From: Phoronis australis
Lineage: Eukaryota; Animalia; Phoronida
Reading direction: 5' to 3'
Assembly (NCBI GenBank): GCA_002633005.1
Contig: NMRA01000037.1
Coordinates: forward strand, 248,001 to 312,000
DNA length: 64,000 nt
Shown here: positions 1 through 13,500 of the stretch, piece by piece
How positions within the stretch are numbered: position 1 is the first letter of the stretch
Layout of the letters: each line of letters opens with the position of its first letter
Notes under the pieces: model-generated
Databases searched by the model: none
The model's input: only the letters and a program-made list of their open reading frames with translations
Told to the model about the DNA's origin: nothing
Program-made: the position numbers and the translations under genes

Positions 1-44
1 TTAACAATGTTTGCAAATGATCACCAGTGTTGTTCACATTACAG

Positions 45-111
45 GCTGAAGGCAGCCATTATGGCCATGAAACCATACGAGCCGACATTTTGTAAAGACA
101 GAATTGAGCGG
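45..111 (+). CDS. NDUFA9: NADH dehydrogenase 1 alpha subcomplex subunit 9, penultimate exon (gene starts upstream of window)
   Basis: acag|G...CGG|gtacgt; LKAAIMAMKPYEPTFCKDRIER joins in frame to the 705-884 exon; resembles the invertebrate NDUFA9 '...RIER/E..TD' C-terminal region. Confidence 0.75.
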
Positions 112-704
112 GTACGTATTGAGAATCTAGCACCGAGTTTGAAAATGCCACTTTATGCAATGTTGGTGCAAGTATTTTTGTTGTTTGTGTGGAGTCCAGG
201 GATGAGATTTTATGATTTTTTTACTTTCATTTTGGTGTTTACTGGCAGCTTGTCTATTCTGATCATGCTTGGAATTTAGATACCCAAACAAAAATCTTTT
301 CCATGCCATTTGTATTGATTTTAACTGCACTTTGTCCTTTGCACGGCTCAGTCATGTCTCAATCATGCATTTCTAGGCCTGAAGGAATGTCTGTACTTGT
401 TTTGAATTTGAACATAGCGTAGTGTCTGGCAAGTTACAAATGCAGATCACCTTTACATAACCGGTGATAGTAATTTTATGTTGTGTGCGCATACAGATTG
501 TCACATTTACTCGAAAATCCATTTTCTTGCACCATTTGCCGAAGAAACCTACAAAGTTAGCACCAAAATGCAGTGTGCTTTCAGCTTTTAACATGCGCGT
601 TGGCTATTTTTTGTAGATGTTGCACATTTGTCCGAATATCTTAATACTAAACATGTTGTCATTTTTGTTGTAAATGGTTTGAAAAATCTTTACGATTATT
701 GCAG

Positions 705-884
705 GAATATATAACCGATGTTCTCACTGGCTGTCCGACAATAGCTGATCTGGGAGTAGACAAATTGACCAGCATTATAGACAGAGCTGCGTACGAGATT
801 CGGCCTTACAGGAGATACAACTACTACGAAGCCGACGTTGGTGAATTCCCCACCCCGTCACCACCGCCCCTAGCCCAGGGCTAA
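705..884 (+). CDS. NDUFA9: NDUFA9 terminal exon
   Basis: ttgcag|GAA; EYITDVLTGCPTIADLGVDKLTSIIDRAAYEIRPYRRYNYYEADVGEFPTPSPPPLAQG*; matches my recollection of the invertebrate NDUFA9 C-terminus (TD.VLTG.PTL.DLGV...ELRPYR...YYDAELGEF..PSPP). Confidence 0.85.
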   Translation, partial: EYITDVLTGCPTIADLGVDKLTSIIDRAAYEIRPYRRYNYYEADVGEFPTPSPPPLAQG

Positions 885-1375
885 TCAAGGACATTTGTTT
901 AGAAACTGAGATGAGCTTTGCGTGAGCTATGGATAATAGACTGTGTTAATTTAAAGTGTACCACGGGGAGCTTTGCTGTGAATTTGCAAATCTAGTGTAG
1001 GTTTTCAATTCACATTTATTTACAGTGTGTACAAATATTACAGCTATATACATTGTGACACTGGAATGACTGGAAGTAGGATTGAATTAAACTTGTTTGT
1101 TGACAAAAATTTGGTATTATCATCACATTCAGCTATGATCAATAGCAGACGTTAATTACAGTATAGATTGAGTGAAAAATTAGAGTGATTGGACCAGCTT
1201 GAAACGCTGTATGTCCAGAAAAGGGTGAAAAGTCCTTGACAAGAAACATCTCATAACTTCGTTCATCAAATGTTCTCAGTTGTTGCAAAATTACTGCAGA
1301 ATTTTCAGATTCGAAAAAATAAGATGTGCTAATACAATGAACGATTGAAACCATAGTTACCGGGTATATAAAATT

Positions 1376-1513
1376 TTAAGAGTAAACAAATAAGCGCGTG
1401 GCTTGCAGCATAGTCAACACAGCGTTGAAGAAATGGTAGTTTGAGTCGCGGACTTGAGCCATGCCCTTGAGTGACATAATCTCCTCGGCCATGTGATACA
1501 TATCCGCGTGAAA
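1376..1513 (-). CDS. DNAI7: DNAI7 exon 17 (terminal)
   Basis: FHADMYHMAEEIMSLKGMAQVRDSNYHFFNAVLTMLQATRLFVYS*. Confidence 0.9.
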   Translation of the reverse strand, partial: FHADMYHMAEEIMSLKGMAQVRDSNYHFFNAVLTMLQATRLFVYS

Positions 1514-4500
1514 CTGAAACGAACACAAAAAGCATACACAACTTTGATTTTCATCTTCATGTAAAGATTACGTTAATTCTAAAAATATGAAAAATAGAGC
1601 TAAAGCATTTTCGTGGGGGCAAAAAAATTGCAGGTAGCCTGGCATGTGTACCAGAGGTGCACAGGGCACTCAGACGTGCCCATTGCACTGATCGCTGTTT
1701 ATTACTGTATAGTTAAAATTGAGAAGAGGACCTAGAGACCTGGTACTGCCCTGTTGTTAGAAATAGCGGGACAGATATAATTAGAAAGTTGTTTAATGAC
1801 ATTAGTACTCAACTTTGTTTCAAAATTTGACTACTGGTAATACAGATGTTGCGAGCAACAAATTGTTTGAATGCTCAAAAGTACATGGGCTGAATCTAAA
1901 ATAACCAAAATTGAGAACTACATTTTGTTTTATTATAAATATAACATTGTATTCCATATTCCAAAACCTGACGAAATTATTCTATGAATTATAGAAGTAA
2001 CAATTAAGAATCCTTGCACTGTACTAAGATCGTGACATGATCCCCTTGTCGAATGTTGGAAACATTTCAAGTGAAATCCATGAATGTACTCGGGACATGA
2101 CAAGTTACAACAGCTTTGTGGTTAAATTGTATAATTCACTTATACAACAATTTCTAATGTCTTCAACATGTCTTGCCATACCTTAGTTTCTTCTGCCGGA
2201 TCTTCAGAGAATTCCTCATCAAACTCAGTCACCCTCAACTTGTTACTACGCTTCCTAGTAATCATGAATAAAGCCCACTGGTCCTGAAAAGAAGACAGAG
2301 AGAGCATGAATTCACTAGAGATTGTAGATGGTTTGATACTAGAGAGAGACAACATCTATTTTATACTTCATAGCTGTCCTAGTTATTAACATTAGTTGCT
2401 GATGCCACCTGGTGGTTAAATACAGAGTGAACAAGGAAATGGCTGTCAAAAACTCTTCATGAGATAAATGTTGCAAGTAAAAGATCCATAACTTCAATTT
2501 TGTTCTCAGAGTTGAAACAGAAACACACTGTACTGACTGCCTTCATGTGAACAACCAGCCAAAGTAATTGACTCAGTTCAGATACCATCAATGGGGAACA
2601 TTCTACATACAACAACTCTTTTTAGTTTTGTTTGACATCAGAAGTGTCTTTTGCTTGACCCGATTCTGGAGAGCAGGATTGGATGAATTGACAGGCATGA
2701 AATACAATTTCATTCACAGACATTTGAAATGGACATTTTCATTTTTTGTGTGACGTTTTGTTGAATCTCCTCAGCATTGACAATCATGGCAGCATGCTGA
2801 TTGCAAAGAACTGATGAAAATTTTAGGAAAATATCCTTACAAGATTGCGGAACACTCCACCAACTATCCAATCGCCATCAAGTGACGAGACATATTTCAT
2901 CATGTTGCCACTATATCGGAGAAAGGTTAGTGACAGTCTAATAGCAGTTCCTTTACTCACGTCTCCCAGGGGTTCATCCTTTAAGGACTCGGCAGCTTGC
3001 ACAACGATCTTGTCATTACCAGCTTCGTTGTTCCATTTGGACCAACTATACCCCATCCCTGAAGCTGTCAATGCCATTTGTTCATATAGGCGACGCTCTG
3101 CTATCGGATCCTTGAGGAAAAATGGGAATTTAGTAGACATTAAAAATTCTTAGAAACACACACACACTGTTTACGGCAACATTATTGACAAGTCACGTAC
3201 AATATATATTGAACTACCCAGTTGCTGGTCATCAGTGCTATTGATTCTTCTGTACACTGATAGAGCAGTTGAAATGCAGAGAATCATTCTTCCCACTTCC
3301 AATGTTACAAACATGGCTAAAGTAATAACATGCGGTTAAAACTGAAACATGCCTAAGAGATTTCATTCAGATACATTTAACTTTCTTTGGTGAGGTCAAT
3401 GCCTATATGACATATTTCAATGGTCATTTACTTGAAATATGGCCTCTGTTTTCAAATTGGCGTCAAGCACTGTAACATAACTGTCACATTTATTTTCTTG
3501 CTCCCGCCAGATACTAACCTTTTCTTGAATGGAGACATACTTAGACGAGTCCTTGTTAGGGAAAAGGTTGACGCCTGCAGCTTTCATGGCTTTGATGAAG
3601 TCCTTCACATTATACCATGTGTCCCTGAGGTGACTCAGTTCAGTGTTCTCAGGCTTGCTCAGTTGACACTGGCCATCCTGAAGGAGAAAAGGTCAAGGTC
3701 AACCATGTTGTGTGTTTACTGACTAAGCATGCCAAGATTGAAAACTAGTAGATACTTAGAACGCCTTGAACACTGAATACACAGTATATGGCGTCGCAAC
3801 AATGACAAAGCCTTGTTCCTAGGAATTTGCCTGTTCCGCTTCTGACCTACCTTAAATCACTATAAAACTTTTACAGAATTGTAATTCAGAGATTCGCCAC
3901 GAAAGACAATACAACTGAAGTGAGACTGGAACTGAACAGCATTGATCAAGGATAAGTAAATCGCGAGTTCACTCGTGACTCAGAAGATTACACTTAGTTT
4001 TCCGACCAGATTTTGAAAACTGTGCAGGTACAAATTGACTACCAATATAATGAGAAAAACGTATACCTGTGACAAAAATCCTAAAAATGTTTGACGCAAA
4101 AATTTAGTAACCAACATTTTTCTTTTTCTTCACCAACAATTTTCCTTGAGTTCCTTCACGATTTCTGTGACAATCACAAAACGATAACTTCAACTGTCCT
4201 TTTGTCATTGTTGTTTTGAAAACTGACAAAGATAACTATAGGGCTCTTATCAGTTCTACTCCTCAGGTCTTCAGACATGAGTGTCCGAGGTCATGCCACA
4301 TACCTTTATCTCGATTTCCACTTCCACAATTGCAGCAATGATTGACAATACCGCCGCGTTCTGTCCACGCGGACGTAACTCCCATGACTGGAATGGCATG
4401 TTGATGTGAGTGTCTTGTAGCAGAGTCAGTGGGCCAAAATAAGACGTGTTAAACTTAAGTAGTCTTGTAGCTGAAAGTATTATCATAATTATTATAAGTC

Positions 4501-7500
4501 ATAGCAGTATCAAACAATTTTCTTTTCAGGGAAAGAAATGGTAAGAAGAGATGGTACAAAATAGAACAAATTTGGTCTAGATGCCAATCAAGAAGTTTGT
4601 AATGCACTTTCATCCATCAGTTAATACCGCAACAGGCTGGACTCTTCAATGTGAGTTGTTCTCCCAGATACCGCTGATGATCTGCAGTTACATTATACTC
4701 TTGGAAAAGATTATAACATTTTAGAAATCACCAGAGATCAATATTTCTCAACTCAGTTTCCCGTGTTGATTGTTCAGGCACTGTTAAAACTTTCAGATCA
4801 AGTCCTGATACCTGAGCTCACATAAGTTATCGCAGTAAGTTCACATTCACACATATTACTGAAAATTAATGCACTACCATTCCTTTTGCATTTTTTAAAT
4901 GTGACTTAATTCTTCTATTTTCAGTTTCTTTTTCTTTTTTGTCACCACAATCACAATCGTTCCTCAAGAAGAAGAGGTAGCCATGGTTACCAACCTTCAT
5001 CATAAGTAGGCTGGGAGAAGCCATCGAGTCGCCAGGTAAGTCCTTCTTCATCCCACCGGGCCACCTGGGGCTCTTCACAGAAATGAACATTGTCTGGCAT
5101 CCTGGACAAAACAGGAAACATCACAATTATGCACAGAACTAAATGCTAGACCTGTATGAATGTGTTCACATGCTTAATACTTTGCACGTTTAAGTTTGAC
5201 ACCATGCTTTTTCAAGTGTACAATAAAAGCTCTTCAATTTAGAACACAAGATGGCATTAATCAAATTTTTGAATATACACAAACATTGGCAAAAATTTGA
5301 CATCACCGTTAATGTGATTTGAACTGATGAAAAAACATTGGTAACTTTTTAACAATGCAATCGAGCTTAAAAAATGGAAAAGTGCACCACGATTTTAACT
5401 ACATAACCTTTATTGTCCTTTTCATTTGAAATGTGTCAAAAAGTAACACAAAAGCCAAGATATAACATTTAACAACAAACCAACTCATTTCTTCATAATC
5501 AAATGACGTACGTCATGGTTATGCCAATAGGTGGCCGCTCATCCCGTTTTTTCTCTTCGTCTTTGTTTACTTTCACACCTTTCTCGTCATCTTCTGCCTC
5601 TTTCTGTTTCTGTTGAATCAGTTCAAGGTTGTTGTCGTCACATAAATAAGTCATGTAAGCCAGATTGTCTTTGTCCGGTACTGAAATGGTACACACACCA
5701 AGTAAATGTTTCAGCTCGAAAACTGTCATACATTCGTTTTCCTTATAAGGAAATAGTTATTCCATAGTATTTGTCACCGCTGATACATGAAAAATATCAA
5801 GCAACTGAAAATACATGCAATCTGTCACTCTAGTCAACTCTACAGTATTTTGTTGTAATATGGTGAAAGAAAGGTATGACAGAGTTTTTCTCTCTCGGTA
5901 GAGATTAGTGGAAATGAATTACGCAGTATTTTTTGTGCAACAAATTTAGGGGACAAGCACAGTGGAATCACCCGAAAGCAAGAGAACACAAAAATGAGCT
6001 TCGGTAACGAATGACTTGGAAAAAACATGCTTTCAGGAGTGTCTTTTTCATCAACATGCTCATTTTCACACATTTGATTTGAATGAATCTCACATACTGC
6101 TCAACAATATTAATATTTTGGAGATGATGGCAGCGAGTAGGACATATATGTTTCCTCAACGAAAGTGAATGCAGACCGAAGATGCCAGCCCTTCTCCGAG
6201 CAGTTCATGTCACCTTTTATTTTTCCATGGATTGTGAATACATGCCAGAGGAATACTAATTACTGTATTGCCGCGTTTTTAGACCCATGGACCAATATCC
6301 AAAATATTGCCATTTTTCGCGGCCTTTTTGTGGTTCCCTTTTTTGCGCATGCGCCTATGTTTCGCATACAAGCCCACATAATGTCCAATGCATAGGCCAA
6401 AACAATAATTTGCATACGGGCACACACGTTTTGACTACTGCTGTACCTCCTAATGGCAATTTTGTACGTTTGCCTTAGTATCTTTGGAGTTCCTTGGCAT
6501 ACATTCAAAAAGAATTTTGTATTACCGCATTGCTGCAACTTTAAGGCCATGTGCCTATATCTGAAATAGTCATGTCTTTTTTCGCAGCTTTTTTACTCAA
6601 GTGGTTTGCATGTTGGCACATGCGCCTAAGTTCCGCATACAAGAGCTGTGTTCCACACAGATGCCGATGAGCCTAATGGCAAAGCAACTATGATAACATG
6701 GAAAATGTCTCTGCAAGATAATAATGGATCTGTATTTTCCTTAAACGTAGGATCAAAGCGGCTTAATTTCCCCTTTAAGTGAGACAGTTCAGTTAATTTT
6801 TAATGCAATAAAGTCAGTAAATTGACTGGAAGATTGGGGATTAATTTGGGTGAAAAATTATAATTTCTTAATTTTAAAAAACTCTGAAATCGAACAGCTT
6901 TCTAAACATGTGAGATCTATGATTGTGATTTTGAATATTTGTCGATGATTAAGAAATTCATGGGAAATTACGCAAACACTTTTGTACAGAAAAATGTTCT
7001 TATTAAACTTAGTACTTACATTGTGTAATGACCCAGTTCCGAACGTTCTTTGGCTGAGGTGGTAAGTGAAGCAAGTGCAAGTACATGACGCCACCTACAG
7101 GCGAATATGATCGTAGATCTACAGCATCTTCGTCTCCATCAAAGTCTTCCCACTCTTCGGGCTCTGAAGAATACAGATTAAAATTGTGTATGGCTTCTCG
7201 GACAATTTCACCATACGATAAGTTTGCACTGCACAGCTGAAAACAATATAATTGAAAAGTCTAATCTGATGCAGCAAATTTCAGTGGTTTCATGCAATCC
7301 TATTAATATGATCTAAAGATATGTCAGGCCAAACTAATATGCTGTCTTAATTCGAGAAGAAAGCAATAACAAATCCTCAAAACAAGAGCAACGCAGAGCG
7401 TTGAAATGCGCCCACAATTGCACCACATACGTTATCCTTCTAGGGTTATATTTATTGGTACCATAAAGTGGCCAGTAGAGGGCATATTATGTAGTATGTT

Positions 7501-10500
7501 GTACTTTGCAAAATGGAAAGGCATGGTCATTGTCTCCTCAATTGGCTAGGGGCAAAATGTGAGTGATCTTCATAATACAAGCACATCCTATACACCAGTT
7601 GCTTAAAGCACCACAGAAACATAGAATTAAAAACAAATTTACCAACATACGAGATTAGAACAGCATTAGAATGCCAGAAACAAATTTCTACTTGGAACTT
7701 TTCCTTCATAGTCACGAAGTAACACAAAGTATACACCTGAAGACCTATGAAAATACANCATCTTCGTCTCCATCAAAGTCTTCCCACTCTTCGGGCTCTG
7801 AAGAATACAGATTAAAATTGTGTATGGCTTCTCGGACAATTTCACCATACGATAAGTTTGCACTGCACGGCTGAAAACAATATAATATTGAAAAGTCTCA
7901 TCTGATGCAGCAAATTTCAGTGGTTTCATGCAAGCCTATTAATATGATCTAAATATATGTCAGGCCAAACTAATATGCCGTCTTAATTCGAGAAGAAAGC
8001 AATAACAAATCCTCAAAACAAGTCAAAATCATAGATCTTCTTACACGCCATCTGTTGGTCATATCACGTGACCTACGTATAGCATGAAAGAAGACTTCTA
8101 ATTCTTATCAACGTGCTAATTTACAAAAGCACTATTATACACAAGCCCTCAACATATTTGAACTAATGTTTACACAGTTAGAATTTCAATCACACGATGT
8201 CACCTGCATATAACTTGTTGTTGCAGAAAATTCAGGACAGGCCGTACACCCATTCAGTACAGAACATAAAGTATTCCGACAAAATACAGTTTACGTACCC
8301 CGTCATTACAGTTCAATAATCGCCAATTACTAAATAATTACTGTGTCAAAATTCTAGTTCGATAATGGCGATGCCACCTTACTAACTTTAATGTTAATTT
8401 TAATGTTAATTTTAATGTTAATTTTAATGTTAATTTTAATGTTAATTTTAATGTTAATTTTAATGTTAATTTTAATGTTAATTTTAATGTTAATGTTAAT
8501 ATTAATTTTAATGTTAATTTTCTTTCATTATCAGTTATTTAAGGGAAGCTAGGCTACACAGATGAAGAATTCAGCTTCTGCCCAGATGTCATAAAGGGAA
8601 ATCAGGGTTATTTTATCAGAATACTTTTGGCATGTACTGAATCTCTAAGACCTGAAGAATTTTTTTAGACCAAGAAGCTCTTTAATGTTTCCAATTTTCA
8701 TTAAGATGGAGTGTTAAGAATCATTGTTATCACTGAGTAGCGGTATCAGACCCAGACATGCGTGTCTCCATGTCCCCCCACCTGGAGCTTGTTCCTCGTC
8801 GTCAGGGATGGGGTCAGGCTCAGGTTCAGGTTCAGGTTCAGGCTCCGCTGGCTTCTCCTCTTCCTCATCATCCTTCTTGTGCAGCATGGCCATGAGGTCC
8901 TGTAAGTCAACAAGAAGTGATCAGTCAAATCTGAAGGGATGAAGTAAATTGCGTGTTGTCAGAAATCATAACGTAAAATTGCCGTGAGGACTTGACACGG
9001 ACCTCAGGGGTCTCACAGTCCACTGATTTATCCACATTATTTTGAAAATGCTTTGCCCAGTCGCACATTGTGTGTTATAAAAGAGATAAGCATACCAGCA
9101 GCTGATGCAGCAAGTAGAACTACTCTCGTTTATCACATTGGTGTAGACTCACAGTTGAACTGTGGTTTTCTGTAGACCCCAGACCGTCCCCGAGAAGTTG
9201 CACCATATACCAACTCCGGACGGTCTCCACGACGATTAAGCGTAATGATATCTTGCAAGTCAGTCTAATGATGATGATCCACAATTTCAAATACTTATAA
9301 TTCTCAGCCATTTTTGCATCACAACGAAACAGAAATTTTTAATCTTTGATTATCAAAACCAGTCAAAATCTAGTCTTTCTGAGAATATCAACTCTTCTTA
9401 TGTCATGCTAATCTATTTCCCATCTGCAATCTTTGACACACCTATGACTTATAGCAATCTAAGTAACAAGATAAACCATAAGCGATTACTTTTACTGTCA
9501 GTCTGTTAAATTCATTAGGCACAAGTAAACTGCTAAAACTAAGGAGTAACAATACTTCAAACACCTCCCTTTATTCATTAAGACGTAAGACTTTGACTTG
9601 GCTATAGTGCACACACTAGCCCAGGTTAATGTCCTTCTCTCATATTGCACCTCCAGTAAATTTCAGAGCAAGACTTGTACACCTCATTACCCATAGTTCC
9701 TTACACGCAGGATCTGAACAGCATACACTATTGTTTGACTGCACCTGGCTTACCAGGACAGGGTAATTACTTGAATATTTTGAATTTTTATCTACCAGGC
9801 TTCGTAGCAATTATGTTAACCATCGAAATGAGCCACGATATGCGAGAAGAGCACTTCATGACCTAGATTCCATGTGACCCCCCCTTCAGCCAATCAGAAC
9901 CCACCTCAGTCTTCTCCTCTTCCAGCTGAGGCTGTTCTTCTGTCCTCTCATCACCCTCTTCTCCTTCAACTTTCTCCTCATCTTTCTTCTCTGTTTCCTC
10001 GCTTGCCTCCCCTTCAGGCTGTTCTTCTGAAATAAAGAATACATAGCATTTCAGTTAAAGCTGCATTATAGCCCAGTATACAGTTGCCTGAAACCCAAAA
10101 TGGAATTAATGTCAAAATGTCGGGCTCGTGATATTCCTTACCATGATAAGGTTTTGTTTCCGTTACCACCAAGAACAGTGAAACCATCAGTGACTCAAGA
10201 AAACGCTTCAGATTATAATATGGAAAATTGCCAATTCGATAATACGGGCACATTGTTCACAGTCACGGCCTGAAATTTTTTAACACAAATGAAATCCCAT
10301 CACAGAATATTATGAGATTAAAATACCTATTTGGATTTTCAATTTTAGCCAACTAAACAAGGCAGGAAGCAGCTTTGATTGTAAGGTTCCGGTATACATA
10401 ATGTTCCGTTACTAACCGAGATTGCTGTACATTGAAGAACTTTCATGCAGCCCAAGGATATGCAAGACCACAAAGATTGACATTTAATTTTCTTTGAAGT

Positions 10501-13500
10501 TCCATTTTTTTGTCATTTAACTTCATAGTTCTATTTTACGTAGATCACAAAATAATTTATTTTTTATTTATGAATAATTCATAACGAGGACAACACATTT
10601 AAGCTAGACATGTGGTGTAAAATGACATCAGATCCAACCTACTCTGTAAAATTTCATCAATTTCAGACACAACTAATTTCTAAAATTGACGAGAAGTTAT
10701 CATTTTTGATATAGTTTGTGTATGCATTAACTTTCACAAAGCCATTTTAGCTATGGTTAGAACTTAAGCATATATATATAGTGCTACTCAACTTTCATTA
10801 ACAATCGTGACTTAATTGTGTCCTAAATTGGTGAGATGTTACCATAACAACAGAGTAGTAACAATCAAAAGAGCTGTCTGCTTGGTATTTTAAAATTAAC
10901 AAACACTCATCAGTCCCATCCACTAGGAAGTACATTCAGCAGTCAAAAGTTATCAATCAAGTTTGATTAGAAAAGACTGTCAGAAGTTTGAGATCTCACC
11001 TTCTTCCTTTGCTTTCTGCCGAGGATAGTATGATTTACATTTATAGGAGAGGTGGTCATACTGTGTCACCATAACTCTGTAGGCACAGTCGGTCAGTGTC
11101 AAGAGTTTGGGAATTTCAAACTGTACCTTGACCTCTTTAAATTCATATGACNGGATTCCAATCACACGATGTCACCTGCATATAACTTGTTGTTGCAGAA
11201 AATTCAGGACAGGGTGTACACCCATTCAGTACAGAGCAAAAGTAATCCGACAAAATACAGTTTACGTACATTACTGTACAGTTCAATAACCGCCAATTAC
11301 TATATAATTACTGTGTCAAAATTCTAGTTCCATAATGGCGATGCCACCTTACTAACTTTAATTCTGTTTCACTATCAGTTCAGTATTTAAGGGAAGCTAG
11401 GCTACACAGATGAAAAATTCAGCTTCTGCCCAGACATCATAAAGGGAAATCAGGGTTATTTTATCAGAACACTGAATCTCTAAGACCTGAAGAAATTTTT
11501 TAGACCAAGAAGCTCTTTAATGTTTCCAATTTTCATTAAGATGGAGTGTTAAGAATCATCGTTATCACTGAGTAGCGGTATCAGACCCAGACATGCGTGT
11601 CTCCATGTCCCCCCACCTGGAGCTTGTTCCTCGTCGTCAGGGATGGGGTCAGGCTCAGGTTCAGGTTCAGGTTCAGGCTCCGCTGGCTTCTCTTCTTCCT
11701 CATCATCCTTCTTGTGCAGCATGGCCATGAGGTCCTGCAAGTCAACAAGAAGTGATCAGTCAAATCTGAAGGGATGAAGTAATTGCATATCATCAGAAAT
11801 ACTCTCACAAAACAGTCTAATGATGGTGATCCACGATTTCAAATACTTATAATTCTCAGCCATTTTTGCATCACAACGAAACAGATATTTTTGATCTTTG
11901 ATTATCATCCAGTCAAAATCTAGTCTTTCTGAGAATATTAACTCTTCTTATGTCATGCTAATCTATTTCCCATCTGCAATCTTTGACACACCTATGACTT
12001 ATAGCAATCTAAGTAACAAAATAAACCACAAGCGATTACGTTTACTCTCAGTCTGTTTAATTCATTAGGCACAAGTAAACTGCTAAAACTAAGGTCAGTA
12101 AGAATACTTTGAACACCTCCCTTTATTCATTAAGACGTAGGACTTTGACTTGGCTATAGTGCACACACTAGCCCAGGTTAATGTCCTTCTCTCATATTGC
12201 ACCTCCAATAAATTTCAGAGCAAGATTTGTACACCTCATTACCTATAGTTCCTTACACGGAGGATCTGAACACTATATATACTCTTGTTTGACTGTACCT
12301 GGCTTACCAGGACAAGGTAATTGGTGTTTGCCAAAATAAACACTACTTTCTGTTAATCACATTTTACGACAGGTCAGTCAGCAGAATTATACACATTAAG
12401 TTACAGACTGTAGTTAAGTTTGTGCAAAAATTTTGCCTCTTCTCTTTGCAAACCGCGTGGCCTGTTTGAATTTCTATCTACCAGGCTTGGTAGCAATATG
12501 ATAACCATCGAAATGTGTGAGCACTTCATGACCTAGATTCCATATGTGACCGCCCTTCAGCCAATCAGAACCCACCTCAGTCTTTTCCTCTTCCAGCTGA
12601 GGCTGTTCTTCTGTGTTCTCATCACCCTCTTCTCCTTCAACTTTCTCCTCATCTTTCTTCTCTGTTTCCTCGCTTGCCTCCCCTTCAGGCGGTTCTTCTG
12701 AAATAAAGAATACATGGCATTTCCGTTAAAGCTGCATTATAGCCCAGTATACAGTTGCCTGAAACCCAAAATGGAATTAATGTCAAAATGTCGGGCTCGT
12801 GATATTCCTTACCATGATAAGGTTTTGTTTCCGTTACCACCAAGAACAGTGAAACCATCAGTGACTCAAGAAAAAGCTTCAGATTATATTGGAAAATTGC
12901 CAATTCGATAATACGGGCACATTGTTCACATTCATGGCCTGAAAATTTTTAACAGAAATGAAATCCCATCACAGAATATTATGAGATTAAAATACCTATT
13001 TGGATTTTCAATTTTAGCCAACTAAACAAGGCAGGAAGCAGCTTTGATTGTAAGGTTCCGGTATACATAATGTTCCGTTACTAACCGAGATTGCTGTACA
13101 TTGAAGAACTTTCATGCAGCCCAAGGATATGCAAGACCACAAAGATTGACATTTAATTTTCTTTGAAGTTCCATTTTTTGTCATTTAACTTCATAGTTCT
13201 ATTTTACGTAGATCACAAAATAATTTATTTTTTATTTATGAATAATTCATAACGAGGACAACACATTTAAGCTAGACATGTGGTGTAAAATGACATCAGA
13301 TCCAACCTACTCTGTAAAATTTCATCAATTTCAGACACAACTAATTTCTAAAATTGACGAGAAGTTATCATTTTTGATATAGTTTGTGTATGCATTAACT
13401 TTCACAAAGCCATTTTAGCTATGGTTAGAACTTAAGCATATATATATAGTGCTACTCAACTTTCATTAACAATCGTGACTTAATTGTGTCCTAAATTGGT

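Noticed and set aside
5840-6550. Cluster of 60-96 aa ORFs inside DNAI7 intron 10
   Set aside because: No homology recognised; DNAI7 exons 10 and 11 join in phase without them; probably repeat-derived
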